Below are positions 36,009 through 44,691 of a stretch of 64,000 bases of DNA, piece by piece; within the stretch, counting starts at the first letter, position 1, and each line of letters opens with the position of its first letter. The notes under the pieces were generated by a model that saw only the letters and a program-made list of their open reading frames with translations, had not been told where the DNA came from and made no database searches. A program made the translations under genes and the position numbers. The stretch is from Escherichia phage UPEC03. Location: the sequence record MW250785; one strand, 5' to 3'.

Positions 36009-36418
36009 GATGTATATCCCACAAGTTTAGTCAGTAAATTCCCCATAGTCTTACGCGCATGATCGCGGATCTGGCTATACGGAACATATTTGAAGTCATC
36101 CATTTCAGTAATGGTTCGACCATTTTTAACGAAGGTTGAAGCACAAACACATTTTTCTGCTTCGGGGTAATTATTACCCACATATACGAATAACACAAGC
36201 TCTTTTTTACTCGTATAATCAATCAGACCCAGGCTCAACAGTTCGTGTTGTTCAACTACAACGCCCGTTTCCTCGAAGCATTCACGGATAGCAGCATTGA
36301 TCGGGGATTCGCCTTTTTCGATATGCCCCTTTGGGATGTCCCAATGAGGCGTTTCGGTTGCGTGGCCCATTAAAACGCTGCCGTTATTCAGGAAGAGAAT
36401 ACCAGCAGACCGTTCCAT
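36005..36418 (-). CDS. Nudix hydrolase
   Basis: Nudix box GHIEKGESPINAAIRECFEETGV. Confidence 0.75.
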   Translation of the reverse strand: MERSAGILFLNNGSVLMGHATETPHWDIPKGHIEKGESPINAAIRECFEETGVVVEQHELLSLGLIDYTSKKELVLFVYVGNNYPEAEKCVCASTFVKNGRTITEMDDFKYVPYSQIRDHARKTMGNLLTKLVGYTS

Positions 36419-36663
36419 TACTGTGCTCCGAACTTACGATCGTATGCTGCCAGCGCTTTATCTGCTGCATCAACTGCCTGAGTGTGTTTGTTAGCGGATT
36501 TCTCGCTGAACACTTCGCGGTAAATGGCAACCCAGAGGGATCGGCGGGTCTGTTCGCTTTCTTCATTGACGCGAGAAGCCGCAAAAGCGTTATGTTCTTT
36601 GATCAGTTGTGCGAATTCAGCATCATGATCAATGGTTTGTTGTTGAATAGCTGTAGAAGTCAT
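36418..36663 (-). CDS. Hypothetical protein (81 aa)
   Basis: Coupled ORF. Confidence 0.4.
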   Translation of the reverse strand: MTSTAIQQQTIDHDAEFAQLIKEHNAFAASRVNEESEQTRRSLWVAIYREVFSEKSANKHTQAVDAADKALAAYDRKFGAQ

Positions 36664-36938
36664 AATTCACCTATTTCTTTCAGTTCAGTTTTGAGTTTTT
36701 CGAGAGTCGATTGGTACTGAATGCCGTTTTCTGGATTTGGCAGACGGGCATAATACAGCGTACCAGTTTTGTTGATGTCTGACAACACCTCTTGATCGAG
36801 GGTAGCCGGATCGATGCCAAAAGCCATTTTAAACATGGTTTCCGCGTCTGGGGCGAATCCGTGAGAGAATGCAAACCCCAGCTTTTTATCAAACTGCATC
36901 AGGGATACTTTGTTACCCATTGATATCTTATTCCCCAT
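36660..36938 (-). CDS. Hypothetical protein (about 90 aa; start uncertain)
   Basis: Internal ATG chosen to limit overlap with the upstream gene. Confidence 0.4.
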   Translation of the reverse strand: MGNKISMGNKVSLMQFDKKLGFAFSHGFAPDAETMFKMAFGIDPATLDQEVLSDINKTGTLYYARLPNPENGIQYQSTLEKLKTELKEIGEL

Positions 36939-37224
36939 AATGTTCTTCGTAATCCTCGCATTCTGGGAGATAGGTTTCGCAGAACATACACAGCGTGAAG
37001 AATGTAGGCTGGCGAATTCCGATATTATCGGGTAAGTACATCCAGAACGTGTTAGCAAACACGATGAACGTTTTCAGGTTTTCAACGGTTACGGTACTGA
37101 CACCATCATAACCGGATTGAGCAATTGCGCGTTCCAGGGGAACAGGGTATTGCTCGCAGTAATCGACGTAATGATCGCTTGTTACAAGCGCATTAGCCGC
37201 TTTTACGAGATCGGTAATTTTCAT
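36928..37224 (-). CDS. Hypothetical protein (98 aa)
   Basis: ORF with ATG start. Confidence 0.4.
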   Translation of the reverse strand: MKITDLVKAANALVTSDHYVDYCEQYPVPLERAIAQSGYDGVSTVTVENLKTFIVFANTFWMYLPDNIGIRQPTFFTLCMFCETYLPECEDYEEHYGE

Positions 37225-37487
37225 TCAATATATCCCCAACGAATTTTTACGTTATCTTCTGACGCCGGACTTGTAGGAGTTGGGTATGGATAACTTTGCG
37301 CTTCCCACAGATAAACAATGGCGTGTTTTGTCAATTCTTCGATAACTTCATCGAAAGTACCGACACTGGTTTGTAAAGGCAACGAGAAAGGTTTATCGTT
37401 GGTTTCTACTTGAGCGATTGGCCCATCTACCAAGATAACACGAACCGTTGTGTGCTCAGACATATGAGCATAGATTTTGTTTTTCAT
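37221..37487 (-). CDS. Hypothetical protein (88 aa)
   Basis: Coupled ORF. Confidence 0.4.
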   Translation of the reverse strand: MKNKIYAHMSEHTTVRVILVDGPIAQVETNDKPFSLPLQTSVGTFDEVIEELTKHAIVYLWEAQSYPYPTPTSPASEDNVKIRWGYIE

Positions 37488-37822
37488 GCGGGTACATATT
37501 CCACTTTGACAGGTTTTGCAATAAGGCGTTCTTTGGTGAAGCCTTGCCCGTTACAGATATCACAAGTAACGTTGAAGTCTTCCATCTGATCAACCCAGCC
37601 AGAATCCGGTAAGCCAGAAGGATACGTGTTAACACGCACAACTTCGAACCCTTTACCATCGCATTTCGGGCATTTGTGCGGGTACTGGGATTTAACCATA
37701 CTCAGCAGTTGCCCCAGCGTTGTTGAACGATCGAAGCGTTCGACCAGTGCCATTACATCAGCAATACGAATCGAACCAGCATCAATAACGGTATACAGGT
37801 TTTTCGGTACATTTGAGCGCAT
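37484..37822 (-). CDS. Small DnaJ-type zinc-finger protein (CxxCxGxG x2)
   Basis: CPKCDGKG and CDICNGQG; ATG at 37822 (listed ORF has an implausible Cys/Ser-rich extension). Confidence 0.45.
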   Translation of the reverse strand: MRSNVPKNLYTVIDAGSIRIADVMALVERFDRSTTLGQLLSMVKSQYPHKCPKCDGKGFEVVRVNTYPSGLPDSGWVDQMEDFNVTCDICNGQGFTKERLIAKPVKVEYVPA

Positions 37823-38062
37823 AGTATATTTCTCACTTAAAAATTTTTTTGATGAAAGAGAGGAACAATCCACCACCGAACATGATCCAGTATCCCGCGC
37901 CGTCACCGTTAAACAGGACATACACAGCGACACCATAGCAAAAGATTTCCGCGATATTCAGTAAGTTTCTCATAACTCCCTCCTTTGTCTACACCAGGTA
38001 TTTTACCAGAAAGTAGATTACTGTCAACAACAAAGTTTTATCAACCCACTTATCACCAGTCA

Positions 38063-38203
38063 TTAGTAATCCCCTACAGGTTGAGAAGATGCAACGCTCA
38101 GTATACGGAAAGAGCATTCATTCCATTTGCAATAAGTTTTCGCACAGTGAACAGTGCCTTTCATTACAAACCCGTTTGAGAACACCAGCCAGTAAAGTTT
38201 CAT
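38063..38203 (-). CDS. Small hypothetical protein (46 aa)
   Basis: ATG at 38203 with AAAGGAGG SD downstream of module copy 6. Confidence 0.35.
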   Translation of the reverse strand: MKLYWLVFSNGFVMKGTVHCAKTYCKWNECSFRILSVASSQPVGDY

Positions 38204-38268
38204 GATTGCCTCCTTTGTTTCGACACCCCTAATATAACAAAAGCCCCTGCACGAATGCAAGGGCTTTT
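38204..38268 (-). promoter_or_regulatory. Terminator-promoter-leader module (copy 6 of 6)
   Basis: Minus strand AAAAAAGCCC-TTGCAT-N17/18-TATATTA-GGGGTGTCGAAAC. Confidence 0.45.
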
Positions 38269-38269
38269 T

Positions 38270-38827
38270 TCAAATATTTTTCAACATGTGTAGTTGAGGC
38301 GGACAATCTTTTGAAGCAATCAGGCGATCCAGGCGTGACATAACGCGTCTGTAGCCGTCATACTCGAACTTGATTTTAGGTGCGATGTAATTAACATGGA
38401 TCGCGTTTCGCGTGTTCAGGCTCAATGTATACTCAGGGATAACGGTTCGGAATCGTACAGCAATCACTGGCTTTTCGTGAGCAATAGAATCATCCATGTT
38501 TTCAAACATCTGGACGGTGAACGCACAGGCAAACACTTTGCCATTGATCCGGCGATATGCAATGACTTCCTGCATACCTTCGTTTTTCGCTTTCACCGCG
38601 TAATGCAGAACGTTACACGAATAATGTTTAGCGAGACTATTAAGAATTTCACTGTAGATCGCAAAGTCTTTTTTGACTGACGCGGAACGATCCAGGAATC
38701 GGTCTGCGATGTGATCTGTAGTCATTGAAACCTTTGTCACATACCAATCACTTAACGCTTTACTGAAATTTTGGTTAACTTCTCTGCGTAAGTTATTGAT
38801 AACATACATCAATCGTGCTCTGTTCAT
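38270..38827 (-). CDS. Hypothetical protein (185 aa)
   Basis: ORF with ATG start. Confidence 0.5.
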   Translation of the reverse strand: MNRARLMYVINNLRREVNQNFSKALSDWYVTKVSMTTDHIADRFLDRSASVKKDFAIYSEILNSLAKHYSCNVLHYAVKAKNEGMQEVIAYRRINGKVFACAFTVQMFENMDDSIAHEKPVIAVRFRTVIPEYTLSLNTRNAIHVNYIAPKIKFEYDGYRRVMSRLDRLIASKDCPPQLHMLKNI

Positions 38828-38830
38828 AAA

Positions 38831-39454
38831 TCACCCATTATGTTTGAAGTATTCGATCTGACGCAGACGTTTTTCTGCTGCCTCTTTCGAATCATATTCA
38901 CCAAGTTCTTTCGTGCGATCATGGTTCAGCACAACCCACTTATCGCCGCGATGTTCGATGTGCTCCGTGATGTCTTCAACTTTCTTATCAAGATCCAGCG
39001 GTTCAGCATCTTCCTCGATAATAGTCAAATCTACGGGCAGTGTCAACAGTCTTTTAACTCCGCTGATATCTTCGATGCGGGAATCATATGCGAGCGTTAC
39101 GTGTGGTTTGTAATCGTCATAATCGTATGTTGCTCCAGCATCCATTGCATCTTTGAAGCGGCTATGGAGATAATCAGATTCCAGAACGCCCACGATCGTA
39201 TTACCGTATTTCGTTTCCCACTTCTCCACGTCAACCAGTCGGGCAGGTTCAGAGATACCGGAGGCAGGGAACAGATCAACCGTCTTACGGCTATACACAA
39301 TCGTTGTATGCAGTTTTGCAGCGGAAACAGGATTCTCTACACCCAGAAGTTTTTGCACCTTCGCGAGCGCTTCACAGGAAGCCTGATCGAACTTCGCACA
39401 CATATAGATCCCCGGATCAACTACGGGTTTCGCTACTTCAATAAAACTTTTCAT
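38831..39454 (-). CDS. 2H phosphoesterase-like protein, candidate Acb1 (anti-CBASS) homolog with C-terminal extension
   Basis: Two H-x-T motifs (LHTTIVYS, PHVTLAYD) typical of the 2H/LigT fold; next to gp57A-like and gp1 genes, as 57B is next to gene 1 in T4. Confidence 0.5.
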   Translation of the reverse strand: MKSFIEVAKPVVDPGIYMCAKFDQASCEALAKVQKLLGVENPVSAAKLHTTIVYSRKTVDLFPASGISEPARLVDVEKWETKYGNTIVGVLESDYLHSRFKDAMDAGATYDYDDYKPHVTLAYDSRIEDISGVKRLLTLPVDLTIIEEDAEPLDLDKKVEDITEHIEHRGDKWVVLNHDRTKELGEYDSKEAAEKRLRQIEYFKHNG

Positions 39455-39512
39455 GTGTACTCCAAATGAAAAAGGGGCTTTCGCCCCCAGTGGTTAAACG
39501 CCTAAGCGTTAA

Positions 39513-39779
39513 TTATGCTTTTGATGCATCAATCGCTTCATTATCACCAGCGATTTCTACTGTTGCTGGCAGAAGTGCTTTGATCGCGCCGATCAGGGCA
39601 TCAGGGGATACACCCTGCGAACCGTCGATTTCCAGAAGACCGCAAATCTGGCCTACGAGTTGACGGTGATTTGCCAGTTCTTGTTCTTTACCCTGAATGA
39701 TTTCGTTCAGGTCGAATACACGGGCTTTCAGGATCAGGACATCGTTTTGAAGCTGTTGGGTTTGGTTTTGTTCAGTCAT
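39513..39779 (-). CDS. Tail fibre assembly chaperone gp57A-like
   Basis: 88-aa coiled-coil protein (...DVLILKARVFDL...IGAIKALL...); resemblance to T4 gp57A is from memory; adjacent to gene 1. Confidence 0.45.
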   Translation of the reverse strand: MTEQNQTQQLQNDVLILKARVFDLNEIIQGKEQELANHRQLVGQICGLLEIDGSQGVSPDALIGAIKALLPATVEIAGDNEAIDASKA

Positions 39780-39782
39780 TGT

Positions 39783-40451
39783 TTACACTCTTAAAAGATT
39801 GAATACATTAAGCACGTTGCGTTTCAAATCGTCTAACGTACCATTATTTAGGATTGTATAATCACTCAAGCCAGGTGTCAAACCTTTCTCCGTTGAATGA
39901 TTATCTTCAATACCAGTTTCACGTTCAAGGAACACAAAGCGAGTCCCGAACTTGCTCAGGTATTTATATTCGTGCGGTTGACGCACATCGGTAATGATAA
40001 AGTGATCCGCGTAGGATTTCAACATTTTTTGAAGCGCAATTGAAGTCCAGATAGACGGATCTACTTTACAAACAATATCAGTCCCGAACACCTGCATCAA
40101 ACGGCGAATCGTCCAGGGCTGGGTGTTTTCTTCGCAAATTTTATGAGCGATAACATCTGCGTTACTCATGAAGAACCCGCGAGAACTTAATTTTTTGATA
40201 CCGCTAGAAAACAGCGTGTATGCATCGTTATTGGACATCACCAGCGGGGCTTCACGATCACCCTCATAGAATGGGTTCTTCGCTGCCAGCGCTCGCAATT
40301 GCGTGTTATCGTGATGTTCCATAGAACGTTTCAGGATAGCTTTGATTTCGTCGGCTAACGCGATAACTTCAACATTGCGGAAGTTATGCACAACCATTTG
40401 AGCAACGGTATCTTTACCCGTTCGCTTTTTACCACAAATACCATAAATCAT
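39783..40451 (-). CDS. 1: Deoxynucleoside monophosphate kinase
   Basis: P-loop GICGKKRTGKDT; IRRLMQVFGTD, TDVRQPHE and HSTEKGL parallel T4 gp1 motifs. Confidence 0.85.
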   Translation of the reverse strand: MIYGICGKKRTGKDTVAQMVVHNFRNVEVIALADEIKAILKRSMEHHDNTQLRALAAKNPFYEGDREAPLVMSNNDAYTLFSSGIKKLSSRGFFMSNADVIAHKICEENTQPWTIRRLMQVFGTDIVCKVDPSIWTSIALQKMLKSYADHFIITDVRQPHEYKYLSKFGTRFVFLERETGIEDNHSTEKGLTPGLSDYTILNNGTLDDLKRNVLNVFNLLRV

Positions 40452-40999
40452 TTTTGCGTTTTCCGTGGAGTAGGCACGATCACCCGTCCGTCGATCTCAA
40501 TTTCCATGTGAGCGAAGTTGAACATCGTCATACAGGATACGGCTTCATCCGAATCATTGGTATACATAAGCTCAAGCTCTCCGAGGTTGGAGGGCCAAGC
40601 GCCATAGAAGCGAAATGTCGCTACAGTTTTTGACTGCGAGTTATCCAGGATATGCAAAGCCATTGCCTGTTGTGGTTCACTCCAACGCACGGAATCGAAG
40701 GTGTTAAAATCGACAGTACCGAGCATCCAAAGGTAAACCCCAAGATACGATCGCAGTTCTTCATCAACAGCAAAACGAATAGTCAGTGGATCGAACTCCA
40801 TTGCAGATCCTGGGATCTTCCCTCGAATCATTGGGTTCAGTGGGACATCCGTAATTGGAATGTTGATAGAAGGTAGTGTAACACCCTGAACTTGTAGTTT
40901 CAACCCTTTTACATAATCATTGTCAGGAATATCTAACATGAAGTTAGTAGGTGAAATCTGGTTCAGGATCATAGCAGTTGTATTCATGATGATCTCCAT
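40448..40999 (-). CDS. Tail completion / sheath stabiliser protein (gp3-like)
   Basis: 183 aa; 4-nt overlap with gene 1; T4 order 1-3-2-4. Confidence 0.45.
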   Translation of the reverse strand: MEIIMNTTAMILNQISPTNFMLDIPDNDYVKGLKLQVQGVTLPSINIPITDVPLNPMIRGKIPGSAMEFDPLTIRFAVDEELRSYLGVYLWMLGTVDFNTFDSVRWSEPQQAMALHILDNSQSKTVATFRFYGAWPSNLGELELMYTNDSDEAVSCMTMFNFAHMEIEIDGRVIVPTPRKTQK

Positions 41000-41025
41000 T
41001 TTATAGATATTTAGATCAAGACCGT

Positions 41026-41184
41026 GAGCGAAGCGAACACACGAACGAAGTGAGTGTTATGTACGATGTACTGTTTATAATATTTATATTTTATATATAG
41101 AGAAAACAGTACATTTCCGTATACTTTTTATACAATCGTTAACTATCCGTCTTCGCTTCGCTTGACGGAACTCGCTTCGCTCGC
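41026..41184. promoter_or_regulatory. Divergent intergenic region with nested inverted repeats
   Basis: GAGCGAAGCGAAC (41026-41038) vs TCGCTTCGC (41153-41161, 41172-41180); inner ATGTACTGTTT (41066-41076) vs AAACAGTACAT (41104-41114) around an AT-rich core holding minus-strand TATAAATA (41081-41088). Confidence 0.4.
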
Positions 41185-41210
41185 GATCTAATTTTTAGTT
41201 GATCTATTCA

Positions 41211-41217
41211 ATAAATA
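41211..41217 (+). promoter_or_regulatory. Candidate late promoter (ATAAATA) for gene 41256-42041
   Basis: caATAAATAgg about 39 nt upstream of the ATG; an overlapping sigma70-like TTGATC-N17-TATCAT is also present. Confidence 0.35.
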
Positions 41218-41255
41218 GGTATATCATACCTATACTTTCAAAAGAGATTGAAAAC

Positions 41256-42041
41256 ATGAAATCATTCAAAGAACTACTTTCTGAATCTGTTCAGAACAAA
41301 AAATTTGCTAAGACCGTTGATCTGGTTGACCGTGGTAACGCTGCAAAAGGTCAGATCGGTTTCCTGCATTTTGCACATGGTGCTGATTACGATGTGTATG
41401 CGCCGGACTCCCACGATCTCGCTTACTTCGGTAAAGGTGTTGTCCGCCTGAAAGGTAAAACCACTGGTAAGACTCAGGCAGCGTATATTGACTGGGCGAA
41501 AGGCACTGTTTCATTCTACAGCGGTGATCCTGCTGACGATCTGAAATTTGACAAGCCACTGAAATTCAAAGGCGCTTCCCTGTACAAAGAAGCCGAAGAA
41601 AACCTGGATCTGTACAATCAGTTGGCGGAAGATTTCGAGATTGATCTGCCTCTGGATGAAGCATTGGTGAAAGGAAAGGTGTACAAGCTCCCAAGTAACG
41701 ATATGTGCTTGCTGTATACCGGACGTACCAAAACCAAAGAAACAGGTGAATACGCCGTGTTTACGGTTGTAGATGCCTCTGGTAAGCCTCGTCTGGTATC
41801 GGGTAAACGCTTTACCCAGGAATACAAAGGTGATGTTCTGTCTAAACTGGTTCTAGCTGAATCAGAAGATTTGAACGAAGCCGCTAAAGATATTCGCGAA
41901 AAAGTTATTGCGGTGTTGGTGAAACGTGGGTTTAACGAAAAAGACGCAGAAAAGATGGTTGATAAAAACCTGAAAGATGCGATGAAGGTTCGACCTGGCG
42001 CAACCCCTGGCAAACTCGCGGAAATCGTGAGTATCCTGTAA
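41256..42041 (+). CDS. Hypothetical late protein (261 aa)
   Basis: ATG at 41256 (listed start at 41199 is TTG); visibly optimised codons (CGT, CTG, GGT, AAC); own promoter and strong terminator; inserted between gp3-like and gp2-like genes on the opposite strand. Confidence 0.6.
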   Translation: MKSFKELLSESVQNKKFAKTVDLVDRGNAAKGQIGFLHFAHGADYDVYAPDSHDLAYFGKGVVRLKGKTTGKTQAAYIDWAKGTVSFYSGDPADDLKFDKPLKFKGASLYKEAEENLDLYNQLAEDFEIDLPLDEALVKGKVYKLPSNDMCLLYTGRTKTKETGEYAVFTVVDASGKPRLVSGKRFTQEYKGDVLSKLVLAESEDLNEAAKDIREKVIAVLVKRGFNEKDAEKMVDKNLKDAMKVRPGATPGKLAEIVSIL

Positions 42042-42045
42042 AAAT

Positions 42046-42078
42046 AAAGCCCCTTCCTTTCGGTTGGGGCTTTTTTGT
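42046..42078. terminator. Intrinsic terminator between convergent genes
   Basis: AAAGCCCC-TTCCTTTCGGTT-GGGGCTTTTTTGTT. Confidence 0.6.
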
Positions 42079-42932
42079 TAATATCTGTTCCAAACTTTCT
42101 TCGCGCTGTATGGTTTTCCTTTGGACTGGAAAGCCTGTGTAGGCAACCAAACTGCTTTCGCCCAATCTTTTGGGGCGATCTCTGCAAGTGGTGAACGTAG
42201 ATGGGCTGGCAGATAGGCTTTGATCATTTGATCAGCCCCGCGCATTCCCTTCACGTTGTTCCAGTTGATTTTCAGTCTGGTTTTGTTAGAAAGTCGATCT
42301 GTTGATCCGTAGCCACGTTTCAGGAGTTCTTCTAAAAACTCTTGACGTGCTCGCGGTGGCGCATAGTGCAAGTTCAGCCCGTAAAGAACCAAGTTACCCG
42401 CTTTCGAACGTCCTGAACCCAGGAAAATGATCAGCGGGAACCGATCCCAGTATGGCAGGGTGTCTTTGTATTTCGCATCGTAGATGAACGTATACAAACG
42501 ACCCGTTGCTGGTTTCGCAACCCTGTGCGTCTTAATGCTGGTTTTGATGAAATCACCAAACCAATCGGTCGAATCTTTCTGACGTTTCGCAGCGGTTACA
42601 CCAACAGTCATTTTCTTCAAACTGTTGCGGAAATCGTTTACGATATCAACCGCGTGTTTTTTGCGATAATCATTACGTTTGCGTCGGGCTTCGGTTTCTG
42701 CTTTACGGCGTTCGATTTCATCATCAATCTGCTGCTTATAGCGGTGCATAGACTTTGTGAACGTTGCGTATGCAATCCCGTTTTCGTCCGCGAACTTTTT
42801 GGCTGTCATGCCTTTTAATTTTGCGCGTCGGAATTTGATACCAAGTTCAACCCATTCACCCAGCTTTCGCTTCGGTGGTGGTTTTGGCTTGTCTTCTTCT
42901 GCGATGATCTCGAACTCAAAAATAAAACTCAT
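42078..42932 (-). CDS. DNA end protector protein (gp2-like)
   Basis: 284-aa basic protein; strong SD GGAGGG; minus-strand AATAAATA late-promoter-like motif about 20 nt upstream (42951-42957); synteny 4-2-3-1. Confidence 0.45.
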   Translation of the reverse strand: MSFIFEFEIIAEEDKPKPPPKRKLGEWVELGIKFRRAKLKGMTAKKFADENGIAYATFTKSMHRYKQQIDDEIERRKAETEARRKRNDYRKKHAVDIVNDFRNSLKKMTVGVTAAKRQKDSTDWFGDFIKTSIKTHRVAKPATGRLYTFIYDAKYKDTLPYWDRFPLIIFLGSGRSKAGNLVLYGLNLHYAPPRARQEFLEELLKRGYGSTDRLSNKTRLKINWNNVKGMRGADQMIKAYLPAHLRSPLAEIAPKDWAKAVWLPTQAFQSKGKPYSAKKVWNRY

Positions 42933-42953
42933 AATTCCCTCCGTTTAGGGTAT

Positions 42954-43421
42954 TTATTGCCCTTTCCATCCGAACACACGTTTCAATGTGTCCTCTGTGA
43001 TGATCTTGAACTCCCAGCCCTTTTGTTTTGCTGCTGCATTCGCGGCTTTCCATTTGTCAATGTTTACTGCATACGTATACAGTGCATCAACGAATTTCTT
43101 TTTGTTGTGAACGTTGTTGTTCGCTGGCTTAGGTGGGGGCAACGTTTCTTTCATCGGTTTGACTTCCCAAAGGTAGGTCACTCCATTATCCATTTCGACA
43201 TAGAAATCCATGAAGTAACGCCGTCGCTTTCCGTCTGCGTTGCTGAAATAAGGGATCACAACGCATTCTGAATTCCACCTCTTTACGTGGGGATTTCGGT
43301 CTAACCAATTCATTATATATTTTTCCCATGAAGAACGATATGTTATTTTTCTGGGATCTCCTTTATACTTTTCTATCTGTTGTGGCATAAAGGAACCTTT
43401 GTATGTCTGTCTTCCAGTCAT
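42954..43421 (-). CDS. Head completion protein (gp4-like)
   Basis: 155 aa (T4 gp4 about 150 aa); position between gp2-like gene and the 53/5 block. Confidence 0.45.
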   Translation of the reverse strand: MTGRQTYKGSFMPQQIEKYKGDPRKITYRSSWEKYIMNWLDRNPHVKRWNSECVVIPYFSNADGKRRRYFMDFYVEMDNGVTYLWEVKPMKETLPPPKPANNNVHNKKKFVDALYTYAVNIDKWKAANAAAKQKGWEFKIITEDTLKRVFGWKGQ

Positions 43422-44089
43422 TATTTCACCTTACAATTATCAAAATGCCACCTATACATTGCTCTGGGGTTTCCTTCTTTTCCGCAATGTGGACATATTA
43501 CAGGTTTCGTGTTTTTAGCTGAGTCGCGCATCTTTTGTTTTGCTTCTTCGCTAATAATTCTTCCTGTTAACGAAGCGCTAAGGTTATCTCTATGCTCTTT
43601 AGAACGGTTTGACGCAACTCTACTCATTTTTTGTTTGAATTCATCACTTCTCTTTATTCCGGTCATCCCTTCGGAAATACTTTTCTTGTGTGCTTCTGAT
43701 AGCGGTTTCCCTTTTATTGATTCTCGTCTTTTTCGTTTCCAATCATCGCTACGTGGTGGGTGTTTAGTCCCTATAGAATTGATTCGATTTTGTTCGGCTA
43801 CTTTCTCTCTGATCCATCCGTAAGTTCGAGAAGTCATTCTTCCAGAATGAAATCTTGATGCCATTGACATCATCTTACACGCGTATATAAGTTTTCCGTT
43901 TGTTGGGTACATTTTGACGAGTAGTTGATGGGCGAGATAGTGTTCTTCGGCAGTGAGACAAACGATATTTTCGGGTTCGTCCATTCCTCCCATACACCGA
44001 GGGATGATGTGATGGTTTTCTGAATACCCGCTTATAGTTCTTGATTGTGCTCTTTTGATAAGAAGTTCATAGTGTTTGCGGTAATTCAT
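43421..44089 (-). CDS. HNH homing endonuclease-like protein with basic repeats and C-terminal zinc ribbon
   Basis: HHIIPRCMGGMDEPENIVCLTAEEHYLAHQ; C-terminal CPHCG...C; AT-rich; sits between gp4-like and gp53. Confidence 0.75.
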   Translation of the reverse strand: MNYRKHYELLIKRAQSRTISGYSENHHIIPRCMGGMDEPENIVCLTAEEHYLAHQLLVKMYPTNGKLIYACKMMSMASRFHSGRMTSRTYGWIREKVAEQNRINSIGTKHPPRSDDWKRKRRESIKGKPLSEAHKKSISEGMTGIKRSDEFKQKMSRVASNRSKEHRDNLSASLTGRIISEEAKQKMRDSAKNTKPVICPHCGKEGNPRAMYRWHFDNCKVK

Positions 44090-44098
44090 GCGTATTCC

Positions 44099-44105
44099 CT
44101 AAATA
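44099..44105 (+). promoter_or_regulatory. Candidate late promoter (CTAAATA) for gp53-gp5 operon
   Basis: ccCTAAATAgt about 32 nt upstream of the gp53 GTG, with AGGAGA SD between. Confidence 0.4.
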
Positions 44106-44136
44106 GTAGTAATATTCATATTTAGGAGAAGCCATC

Positions 44137-44691
44137 GTGTTGTTCTCATTCTTTCCACCAGTTGATTACAAAGGCACACCAACTACTGATATCTACCGCG
44201 ATTATCGTTTTTACTTTAACCGCGTGATCAGGAATTATAAGCCGCGTACATATCAACTGACAGGTTCATTAAGACCCGAACAATTAGCGGAAACGCTATA
44301 CGGAAACCAGCAATACTACTGGGTTATCCTGATGCTTAACGATAATTACGATCCGTTTTACGGATGGATTACCGATCAGGAAACGGCTTATCAATGCGCT
44401 ATCCAGCGTTATTCAAAAGCAGGTGGTGAACAGGTTCTTTATCATATGGATGGTAAGGGCAACCGTTATTACAATTTGGTTGAAGACCCTACGAATCCCG
44501 GTCATTGGTATGACAAAGGCGATAAGAACATGCGTTATTTGCAGTACCAGGGAACATTAGTCCCTGTAGATATTTATGAAGATGCGGTGCTTCAAAATGA
44601 AGCAAAACGAACCATCAAGATTATTAACCCCTCTGATATTCAATCATTTGTAAGTGATTATATCAAGGAAATGGAAAAGGCAAACCTATGA
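44137..44691 (+). CDS. 53: Baseplate wedge subunit gp53-like
   Basis: 184 aa, GTG start with AGGAGA SD; overlaps gp5 start (ATGA). Confidence 0.6.
   Translation: MLFSFFPPVDYKGTPTTDIYRDYRFYFNRVIRNYKPRTYQLTGSLRPEQLAETLYGNQQYYWVILMLNDNYDPFYGWITDQETAYQCAIQRYSKAGGEQVLYHMDGKGNRYYNLVEDPTNPGHWYDKGDKNMRYLQYQGTLVPVDIYEDAVLQNEAKRTIKIINPSDIQSFVSDYIKEMEKANL

Noticed and set aside
4900-42080. Recurrent GC-rich hairpins (GCCCC-TTTC-GGGGC and similar) as a CRISPR-like or mobile repeat family
   Set aside because: They are irregularly spaced, sit between stop and start codons and are followed by T-runs or SD sequences; they are intrinsic terminators or RNA stability hairpins, not a repeat-spacer array
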